A stretch of 64,000 nt of DNA from Dehalococcoidia bacterium. GTDB lineage: Bacteria; Chloroflexota; Dehalococcoidia; Lucifugimonadales; VXLM01. The notes under the pieces are model-generated. The model made no database searches, was not told where the DNA came from, and was given only the letters and a program-made list of their open reading frames with translations. The DNA lies in NCBI GenBank assembly GCA_963662435.1, contig OY759598.1, forward strand, positions 2,512,507 to 2,576,506, given 5' to 3'. The first letter of the stretch is position 1. Each line of letters begins with the position of its first letter. The translations under genes were made by a program, and so were the position numbers. Of the stretch, positions 38,839 through 46,467 are shown one piece after another.

Positions 38839-40533
38839 TCAACGGGCTTCATCCCCCACATGCTCCCTCAGGAAATTCAGCATAACCGGCTGCTTGGCCT
38901 TGGCCGCCAGTTCCATCGACGTATCGCCCTTCACGTTCCTGATCGACAGATCGGCCCCGTGCTCCAGGAGCAGCCTCGCGAACTCTCTGCCCGTTCCCCG
39001 TTGGGCAAGCCGGTGCATAGGTGTGTTCCCCTCCTCGTCCTGCGGGTTGGGGTCGGCGCCAAGTTCGAGCAGGGTTGCCACCCCCCTCATCCGCCCATGC
39101 CCGGCTTGGTGGTTCAGTGGCCAGCCGTCCCGACGCGGTCCGTTGACGTTTGCGCCCTGACCGACGGCCCAGCGGATCCACTCATCGCTCCCACCCATGG
39201 GGATGGGAAGACTGTAACCTCTCCTCATAAGGAGTTTCGCCGTCTCCAGTTGATCGTATTCGAAGGCGACGTTCATTAACGTATTTAATCCCAGCCTGAT
39301 GTTCACGAGCGAAGGATCGTCGTCGAGAAGCTCTTCCACGCGCTCGTTCAGCCCCCACGCGACTGCCCCAAAGATGTCGAACTTCGCCCCAGCGTCGATC
39401 AGGGTCTGCAAGACCTCCCGATCTCTGCCTCGCTTGCCCGTTGCCGGATCGCGTGTTAAGGCGGCGGATGTGATAACGGAACTTCCGTAAATGTGCCGCA
39501 GATTCATCTGCTCCGGCGTAAATCGATATCGGCGAAGATACTCATCGAACCGGCCTTCCTCGATGGACGCATGCAACTCTCGCATCGGGTACGACCAACC
39601 TTCGGCCCTGTTCAAGTCCATCACCTTCTTGTAAAGCGGCCCCATTCGGTCGTGAGATACCCAGTGGCACTCGGCGTAGGCATCGAACATCAGCTCGATT
39701 GCCCGCTCCCGGTCGCCGAGGCCTCGCCGCGCGAACAACAGGACGGCGTACTCATACGAAACGTGGCCCTGCTCCCCGTGGAAACGATCGCGGCAGAAGT
39801 CCAGCGCGTCCTCGAAGTGCAACGCCGCGTCATCGATACGTCCCAGAGACTGGGCGAGTAACCCCAACACCCGGTCGGTGACGGGAGGGTGCCCACTCGT
39901 CATAACGCCGCGATAGGGCAGCAGCGCGTCATACTGCTCCCGCGCCGATGACATATCGTCGCGCTCCACCGCCACGAAGGCCAGCGCGACCCGCGCCCGC
40001 GCCTCAACTTGGTTCCCCACGCCAAAAGAGAGAACTTGACGCCCCAGCCGCTCAGCCGCGTCCAGCATCCTGGTGTACTCGGTTGTGCGCCCTATCAAGG
40101 CTGAGATGAACGCCGCCATCGAAAGCCGCTCGGCATCACGATCATTACCATCACCCGTGAGCGCCCTCAGACGTCTACGCGCCTCTGCACGATGGCCGAC
40201 CTCGTTCTCCAGGATGGCCCAGGCCGCGTGGAGCTCCCACTGGCGTGGATGGTCGACGGGGTTCTCATGGCAGTACCTGAAGTGTATTTTGGCGATGCAC
40301 CACTCACCCTCAGCGTAAGCGATGATGCCCTTCAGCAGGTTCGCCTCCCAAAGGACGGTCTGCCCACCCTCGGACCTGGCGACAGGAGATTCGTGAGCGA
40401 GACTCCACAGGGCGTCAGCGCTCCGGTGCGCTCCGATCAAATCACCGCGTGCGAGGCTCTCCTTTGCAGCACGGTTGTGGTCGTGTTCTATATCCATGCC
40501 GAGATAGTCCTCAAAAAGTGCGCCCTCCGTCAA
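38839..40533 (-). CDS. TPR-like helical region fused to C-terminal ankyrin repeats
   Basis: C-terminal LLELGADPN.QD..GNTPMH, LLEHGADLSIRN..GDT; central DRVLGLLA...A..HFEDAL helical repeats. Confidence 0.78.
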   Translation of the reverse strand: MTEGALFEDYLGMDIEHDHNRAAKESLARGDLIGAHRSADALWSLAHESPVARSEGGQTVLWEANLLKGIIAYAEGEWCIAKIHFRYCHENPVDHPRQWELHAAWAILENEVGHRAEARRRLRALTGDGNDRDAERLSMAAFISALIGRTTEYTRMLDAAERLGRQVLSFGVGNQVEARARVALAFVAVERDDMSSAREQYDALLPYRGVMTSGHPPVTDRVLGLLAQSLGRIDDAALHFEDALDFCRDRFHGEQGHVSYEYAVLLFARRGLGDRERAIELMFDAYAECHWVSHDRMGPLYKKVMDLNRAEGWSYPMRELHASIEEGRFDEYLRRYRFTPEQMNLRHIYGSSVITSAALTRDPATGKRGRDREVLQTLIDAGAKFDIFGAVAWGLNERVEELLDDDPSLVNIRLGLNTLMNVAFEYDQLETAKLLMRRGYSLPIPMGGSDEWIRWAVGQGANVNGPRRDGWPLNHQAGHGRMRGVATLLELGADPNPQDEEGNTPMHRLAQRGTGREFARLLLEHGADLSIRNVKGDTSMELAAKAKQPVMLNFLREHVGDEAR

Positions 40534-40614
40534 CTCCTCTCCACCTCCAACTCGACCCCAACCTTTGCAGCAACCATCGTCGCCGTCTCGCCTCTCCGGT
40601 TCACGTGAAGCGCG

Positions 40615-40830
40615 TTAGCTCCCTCCCTCCACGAGATGCTCCACCATGCCAAGCCTGCCTCGATGCGACGCCTCCCACAGTATCGTCTACCCGTGCGGCC
40701 CGACACGGCTCAGCCACCCCGGCCGCTCTTCGAGGATGGCGCGAACTGCCTCCATGTCGCCTCTCGCGGCGGCAGCCACTCCTATATTCAGGAAGTCGGA
40801 CGCTCTTCCTGGGAACCGTAACTTGGACAT
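40615..40830 (-). pseudogene. ankyrin-repeat gene remnant
   Basis: MSKLRFPGRASDFLNIGVAAAARGDMEAVRAILEERPGWLSRVGPHG*TILWEASHRGRLGMVEHLVEGG; TAG at 40687-40689, then truncated. Confidence 0.7.
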
Positions 40831-40899
40831 AGGTTTGACTCAAATTGATATTTTCCGCCCTTCCCGCGTAGAGCCTGTCCCCGTGGACACGGGATTCTT

Positions 40900-41109
40900 C
40901 TAGGCGCGATCGAACTCGTTCCTAGATATTCCCAGACTACGGAGGATGCTTCGCATAGTGCCCGGTTTCAGGTCCCGACTACCCTAGTCGGGTATTGCGG
41001 TTGAGGATCGCGTCCTATCGTTTGCCCATATCACATGGTCGCCTCTACCCTGCCGAACCCGCACGCAACCAAGACGGCGAAGTTTGCGCGTGAAGTCTCT
41101 GTAAGTTAA
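40900..41109 (-). pseudogene. hicA: HicA toxin pseudogene
   Basis: LTYRDFTRKLRRLGCVRVRQGRGDHVIW...TAIPD*GSRDLKPGTMRSILRSLGISRNEFDRA; in-frame TAG at 40984-40986; no valid start codon. Confidence 0.85.
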
Positions 41110-41363
41110 ACGGCCACTACCAATTCGTTGGACTTTTCGGAAGCAATCAGCGCGTTTTTCACCTCGTCAGGCAGCTCGTAGCCGCGTTCGACATGCGTTT
41201 CTATGATGCCGGCAGCGACATCTTGCAGGATATCTATAGTCTCCTCCGGGCTGTCACCCCACACGCGGCATCCCGGAAGCGCTGGTATTTCAGCCATGTA
41301 TTTGTCCGGTTCCGTCGACTCGGATGGGTCGTACATGACAAATTGCAACTTGTAGGCTTTCAT
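41106..41363 (-). CDS. hicB: HicB-family antitoxin
   Basis: YMAEIPALPGCRVWGDSPEE. Confidence 0.88.
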   Translation of the reverse strand: MKAYKLQFVMYDPSESTEPDKYMAEIPALPGCRVWGDSPEETIDILQDVAAGIIETHVERGYELPDEVKNALIASEKSNELVVAV

Positions 41364-41487
41364 TTCGGTCTGCTCCCAATGAACTTTGCGCCACCGCTCA
41401 GGATTGTAGCACCTGGAGCGTCCTCAAGCGTTTTAACGTCAACCTGCGGTAACCGTTCGAAGTCGGTAAGAGAACGGCGGGCGCCTG

Positions 41488-41612
41488 TGGATTCTCCCCC
41501 ACCCCGAATCGTGATACAGGGCAGGCTCTACGCGGGAATGACTGTCACGCAGAGGTCTCCTTTCGTGGGGACTGATGGTGGTCTGGTTGTCTCACGGACT
41601 CTGAACAGTTAC
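41488..41612. repeat. REP/MITE-like element
   Basis: caggctctacgcgggaatgac is inverted relative to ttcccgcgtagagcctg at 40861-40877; ends ctcacggactctgaacagttac. Confidence 0.6.
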
Positions 41613-41687
41613 TCGCAATCATGTCGTTTGACACCCTCCATCCCATCTGAGAGCATACCCTGAGCACACGGGAGGCCCACAACAGCC

Positions 41688-42947
41688 ATGCCCAAGCCGA
41701 TCAGCCACGTCGTCCGCCGTCCGGGGCCCCGACCCGGAGACCCCGATGTCGAGATTCCCGTCGCAGAAGACCTCGTGACCGTGCCCGGCCATCCGGTGCG
41801 CGAGGCCGACATCTCCTTCTACTCCCGCGAGGAACCGCTGGAGCAGTGGCACATGGAAAAGGGTGCCGACCGCGACTGGGCGTGGACGGTCTACTCCGAC
41901 GAGTTCTCCGACTTCCGCAAGGAACACGACAGCACTGTCAGACCCCTCGTGGCCGAATCGAGAGAGACGGCAGAAATCGAGCCGACCGGCGAGCCGGATG
42001 AGAACGTCGATGTGACCGAGACCATTCGCGCCAAGTCGAAGGAGCTCGGATTCGGCGAGGTAGGATTCACTCGCTACGACAGGCGCTACACCTACAAGAG
42101 CAAGAAGGGTTGGGTGAAGTTCAGCAACGCCATCTGTCTCGCGTGGGAGCAGGACTACGACGCGACGCAGAGCACCATCAGCATGGCAGCTGAGCACGCG
42201 CACTACGGCGCGTACGAGGTCATGGGCGAGGCGGGCCTCCGGCTCGGCGACTTCATTCGCACCCTCGGCTACCACGCGCAGGTGCACAACCCAAACGACG
42301 CGAGCGCTCCCACCATCCCGTACTTCGTCAACGCGGGACTCGGACAGCTCGGCGCGAACGGCCAACTCCTCATGCCGCACTTCGGGTCGCGAGCGCGCCT
42401 CATGATGCTCACGACCGACGCGCCTTTGCGCCACGACGAGCCGGTCGACTACGGCATCAACAAGTTCTGCGACGAGTGCCAGGTCTGCGTCCAGCGTTGC
42501 CCGGCGCGCGCCCTCGTTCGCGAAAAGGTCTGGTGGCGCGGCGCCCTTAAGAACAAGGTCATCTACGACCGCTGCCGCCCCCTGATGGTCAAGCTGGACG
42601 GGTGCGGCGTCTGCATGAAGGTCTGTCCCGTGCAGAAGTACGGCATGAAGCCCGTCATGGAGCATTACGTCGAGACCGGCGAGGTGCTCGGCAAGGGGAC
42701 GGACGACCTCGAGGGATTCCCCGTGCCCGACGGACGCTACTTCGGCTCCGGCGAGCTCCCCCAATTCGACCGCGAGTTCTTCGACTTCCCGCACGGCACC
42801 CGCGAGCAGTGGCTATTCGAACAGCTAAAGCAGCGAATGGACGCCGGCGAAGAGGTGACCGAGGAAGAGCTAGCCGAGTTCGCCGAGCAGGTCAAGGAAG
42901 CCGTCGGCCAGACCAAAAAGGGCTGGGGCAGCACCACCGACGACTAG
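41688..42947 (+). CDS. reductive dehalogenase/QueG-superfamily protein with two 4Fe-4S motifs
   Basis: AGLGQLGANG.L..P.FGSR.RL, FCDECQVCVQRCP, CGVCMKVCP; no Tat signal. Confidence 0.85.
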   Translation: MPKPISHVVRRPGPRPGDPDVEIPVAEDLVTVPGHPVREADISFYSREEPLEQWHMEKGADRDWAWTVYSDEFSDFRKEHDSTVRPLVAESRETAEIEPTGEPDENVDVTETIRAKSKELGFGEVGFTRYDRRYTYKSKKGWVKFSNAICLAWEQDYDATQSTISMAAEHAHYGAYEVMGEAGLRLGDFIRTLGYHAQVHNPNDASAPTIPYFVNAGLGQLGANGQLLMPHFGSRARLMMLTTDAPLRHDEPVDYGINKFCDECQVCVQRCPARALVREKVWWRGALKNKVIYDRCRPLMVKLDGCGVCMKVCPVQKYGMKPVMEHYVETGEVLGKGTDDLEGFPVPDGRYFGSGELPQFDREFFDFPHGTREQWLFEQLKQRMDAGEEVTEEELAEFAEQVKEAVGQTKKGWGSTTDD

Positions 42948-42965
42948 GGCGTGTGCCGCGATTTT

Positions 42966-42991
42966 CCGTTCGCCCTGAGCCTGTCGAAGGG
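42966..42991 (-). repeat. REP-like element (CCCTTCGACAGGCTCAGGGCGAACGG)
   Basis: Reverse-complement copy of the 438-462 family. Confidence 0.75.
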
Positions 42992-43070
42992 TAAACGCAC
43001 AAGTGTGGGTATACAGGAGTATACTTCGCCCTTGTATTCACAGAATTCTGCGATAGAATTTTGGTAGGGG

Positions 43071-43400
43071 ATGGAACAAGTCGGTTCGGAATCCCCCGGA
43101 ACCATATCAACTGCGAATCCACGGGAGCTTCGCAGTTTTGTTTTTCCGCAGAGAGACCTAAGAGAGGAGGCAAACTCTTTGAAGTCGGTCAGAAGTAAGA
43201 ACCAGTTACGTCGTATCACAACCAAGCGGGAAATCTTAGTGGAGCTAGCCGTGCCAGGTGGCACGATGCCGGTTCCAAAGTCCAAACGGTTCGTAGTAGA
43301 GGAGATGTGGGAGATGGCCCGGACATTCGAATGGAACATCATGTTCGAGCACACCACTCACGAAGTTTTCCTGTATGTGGAGCCTGCGTCGCGGAAATAG
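43071..43400 (+). CDS. hypothetical protein
   Basis: 109 aa ORF in a visibly AT-richer segment. Confidence 0.45.
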   Translation: MEQVGSESPGTISTANPRELRSFVFPQRDLREEANSLKSVRSKNQLRRITTKREILVELAVPGGTMPVPKSKRFVVEEMWEMARTFEWNIMFEHTTHEVFLYVEPASRK

Positions 43401-43451
43401 GAAGTGCTTTGCTTCATTGCTACCAAGTTGCAATAGTGAAAGGAGACGAAT

Positions 43452-44009
43452 ATGGATAATCAGCTGCCAAAAGCGTTCATCTTCATGAAAGTGGGCTACA
43501 GCACAGGAGAGACCATAGATCACATTTTGGAACGGAAGCAACGTGAATTTGACGATGCAGGGAAGATTTTCTGGGGCTATGGCGGCAGCACTGTTCGCCC
43601 ACGCACACAGGCTCAGCCCTTTTCAGAGGAATGGGTCCTAAAGCAAGGCTCCATTCGAGTGTTGATGGCATTAACGGAATCCAAATTCAGCTCAAAACTT
43701 CCCCCGGCCAAGCAATACTCGAAAGATGAAGAATGTTGGAAGCCTCTCCCCAAAGGAATCTGCGTCACGGGTTCAGGATTCGCACTAGTGCTCGACGAGA
43801 TAACAAAATTGGATATGGAGCTTAACCTTCGACAGTTTGAGGTTGGTATAGGGCCCAGCAAAGGAACAAACGCAACCGATTACCTGGTGGGACAAACGAG
43901 CAAGGCGTGCCTCGTGAAGGCAAGGCCAACGGATGGCAGGCCAGCGGTGCCAATGCCTATCACCTACCAAGCCCGTCTGAAATTCCCATACGCGGTCTAC
44001 CTCAAATGA
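43452..44009 (+). CDS. hypothetical protein
   Basis: 185 aa ORF with strong RBS aaaggag; AT-richer; globular-looking (FMKVG, FWGYGG). Confidence 0.75.
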   Translation: MDNQLPKAFIFMKVGYSTGETIDHILERKQREFDDAGKIFWGYGGSTVRPRTQAQPFSEEWVLKQGSIRVLMALTESKFSSKLPPAKQYSKDEECWKPLPKGICVTGSGFALVLDEITKLDMELNLRQFEVGIGPSKGTNATDYLVGQTSKACLVKARPTDGRPAVPMPITYQARLKFPYAVYLK

Positions 44010-44021
44010 GCTCATGGCACC

Positions 44022-44080
44022 TTACAGCGGCGGCTCCTGGTACGACCGGTCCTTCCGGTACACCACGAGGCTGCTGAGCG
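44022..44080 (-). pseudogene. isolated 3' end of an NHL paralog
   Basis: Reverse complement matches 13619-13677 at 54/59 nt; encodes LSSLVVYRKDRSYQEPPL*. Confidence 0.85.
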
Positions 44081-44164
44081 AGACTATGGCGCAGTCAAAC
44101 CCAATTGGCATAAGGCATGGGATATGGCTGACGAGTTGGACGGAGACGGTAAATCGTCTCGATG

Positions 44165-45823
44165 CTATTCGTCCGGCTCGACCTCGGTACCCGTCCCCTC
44201 GGTGAGCGTGACAGTCTGCCTCACGGCCTGGTCCTCAAATAGCTCGTTCAGACCTGACGGCCAGCGCACCTCGATATCGACCGGCGTGTCCCAGTTCCCC
44301 AACCCAAACGTGAGCCATGGGCTATTGGTGGAAAGACCGGCGCCGGCGGAGACCTCCTGAACAAGCACATCGTCCCCCGCGTGTACTTGCACCAGCGCCC
44401 CGATGCCGTCCCGGTTGCTCTCGACACCGACCGTTATTATGGTGATCCAGGCGTTTTCGCCACCCCGGTTGTTCAGCAACAAGGGCATGCCACCCTGACC
44501 GTGAGTCTTGCTCGTGACGACAACCATGTCGAGGTAACCGTCGTTGTCGTAGTCTGCCGTTGCCGAGCCGCTTGCTAGTACAACCTCATACTCTATCGCC
44601 TCCGAAAACGATCCATCCGCCCTATTCACCCTGAGAGTGCCCAAGGGTGTGGTATCATCCGGGACATCCATATAGAAGACATCGGGATAGCGGTCGTTGT
44701 CAAAGTCGGCGAAACTGACTGCCAAGTGGGCTCCAAACTCGCCAAAGACGAGTTCCGCCTCTTTATCTCCCACGGCGGTGTAAGTCCCATTCCCATTGTT
44801 CTTGAACATTGGCTTGTCGGTCCGGCCGGGGGCGAAAAGATCCAGGTCACCGTCGAGATCGTAGTCTCCGAAGGCGAGAGCAGTGCGTGTGTCCGAGTCA
44901 TAATCCAGCGGATAACCCGAGGGAGAGAACACCAACCCTGCGTCAAACCCCACGTCGGTGAACGTCCCGTCCCCGTTGTTGCGAAGCAGCTCCGTTCGCA
45001 CCAGATCGAAGTAACAGTTGGCTATGAAGATGTCCGACCATCCGTCCCGGTTGTAGTCGCTGAACCTGGCGGAACATGTCGCCAGCTCGCCCTCGATGCC
45101 TGCCTTGTCGGTCACGTCGGTGAAGGTGCGGTCGCCGTTGTTGAGGTAGAGCCGGTCGCGACTGTCGAAGGTGATGCCAAGCGCGATAAACCCCGAGGCG
45201 TAGAGATCGAGGTACCCGTCGTTGTTGATATCGCCCAGGGCCAGGCTCCAGGAGACCTCCGGCGCGTCGATGCCCGCCGTCTCGCTGATGTCTGTGAAGG
45301 CGCCGTCGCAGTTGTTGGCGTAGACCCTGAAGCCGCTTGGCTTGCTTCCCTGGAATCCACCGTCGCCCGCCAGTATCAGGTCTGTGCAACCGTCGTTGTC
45401 GATATCACCGGCGACCACCGCCGTATTGCCAGTCTCGCTTGTGACGCCCGCCTCCTCAGCGACGTTTGTGAAGGTGCCATCCCCGTTGTTGTGGAAGAGA
45501 GCGTTCTGTGCTTCCCTGGTGTTGGTGATGTACAGATCGAGGAAACCGTCAGAGTCGTAGTCGAGCCAAGCCGCGCCGCCGACGCCGTCAGAGTTTTTGT
45601 ATATGCCCTCGCGGACGAAGTCGAGGAGATGGGACACGTCGACCAATGGCCGGTCGTCCTCCGGTTCCGGCGTTGGCGTCGGCTCGGCAGCCGTGGGGAG
45701 AGGGGTCGGCGCCACAGTAGGCGCCGGTGTTGGAATTGGAGTTGGCTCCGCAGACTGACCGCAGGCAGTCGTCAGCGCCACCGCTAGAATTGCACTGAGC
45801 ACGAGGATGTAACGGACATTCAT
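44165..45823 (-). CDS. FG-GAP repeat / ASPIC-UnbV (CRTAC1-like) lipoprotein
   Basis: Lipobox LTTAC, Pro/Thr linker, repeated D.D.DG..DL and NNGDGTF.DV, SNRDGIGA, FGLG, VRWPSG. Confidence 0.9.
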   Translation of the reverse strand: MNVRYILVLSAILAVALTTACGQSAEPTPIPTPAPTVAPTPLPTAAEPTPTPEPEDDRPLVDVSHLLDFVREGIYKNSDGVGGAAWLDYDSDGFLDLYITNTREAQNALFHNNGDGTFTNVAEEAGVTSETGNTAVVAGDIDNDGCTDLILAGDGGFQGSKPSGFRVYANNCDGAFTDISETAGIDAPEVSWSLALGDINNDGYLDLYASGFIALGITFDSRDRLYLNNGDRTFTDVTDKAGIEGELATCSARFSDYNRDGWSDIFIANCYFDLVRTELLRNNGDGTFTDVGFDAGLVFSPSGYPLDYDSDTRTALAFGDYDLDGDLDLFAPGRTDKPMFKNNGNGTYTAVGDKEAELVFGEFGAHLAVSFADFDNDRYPDVFYMDVPDDTTPLGTLRVNRADGSFSEAIEYEVVLASGSATADYDNDGYLDMVVVTSKTHGQGGMPLLLNNRGGENAWITIITVGVESNRDGIGALVQVHAGDDVLVQEVSAGAGLSTNSPWLTFGLGNWDTPVDIEVRWPSGLNELFEDQAVRQTVTLTEGTGTEVEPDE

Positions 45824-45942
45824 GTGCTGGCTCCCCAGGTGAGTATCGAGTATCCTCGCACAGCAGACAACCTGCGTCATCCCAGAATCGTGTGATTTCT
45901 CCACTGCGTGAACGACATTGAGCCAGAGAAGGAATAGTCATC

Positions 45943-46452
45943 TTGATTGAGCCGCAGATCGTCTCCATGGAGTCCTTCACCATTGTCGGAATGGAGGCGC
46001 GCTTCATCGGGGCCCTGTCGCCGGAAGCCAACAACTTCGATGTGATTCCGCCTCTCTGGGACCGATTCATCAACCGGATGGGGGAGGTAGAAGGCCGGTC
46101 GGACGAGGCGAACTACGGCCTGGTTATAACTCGACCGGAGCGCGAGCGGTCCCACCCGGATGAACTTCTGTACGTCGCGGGTGTTGCCGTGCACGGCGTC
46201 GGGGTCGGCTCGCTTCCTGAAGGGATGGTCTGCCACGAGGTCCCCGCCTCAACCTTTGCCGTGTTCACCCATCGCGGCCCCATAAGCAGACTCACGGAGA
46301 CGGTGCGGATGGCGGTAGACGTCTGGCTGCCAAGCTCCGGGTACAGGTGGAACGGGCTCGAAGTTGAACGCTACGACCATCGCTTCTCCTTCGAGTCGCC
46401 CCAGGAGTCGGAGATGGAGACATGGATGGGGATCGTCCCGTCTGACCGTTGA
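45943..46452 (+). CDS. GyrI-like small-molecule binding protein
   Basis: IPPLW.RF, LPEGM...VPA..FAVFTHRG, WLPSSGY, ERYD.RF. Confidence 0.85.
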   Translation: MIEPQIVSMESFTIVGMEARFIGALSPEANNFDVIPPLWDRFINRMGEVEGRSDEANYGLVITRPERERSHPDELLYVAGVAVHGVGVGSLPEGMVCHEVPASTFAVFTHRGPISRLTETVRMAVDVWLPSSGYRWNGLEVERYDHRFSFESPQESEMETWMGIVPSDR

Positions 46453-46467
46453 GCGGGCGAGAGGCCC

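Noticed and set aside
41400..41690. Cobalamin riboswitch upstream of the RdhA-like gene
   Set aside because: No B12-box consensus seen; the region is occupied by REP-like repeats.
43080..43105. tRNA 3'-end-like GGTTCGGAATCC...ACCA as an att site
   Set aside because: Loop spacing and stem pairing are wrong for a tRNA, and it lies inside an ORF.
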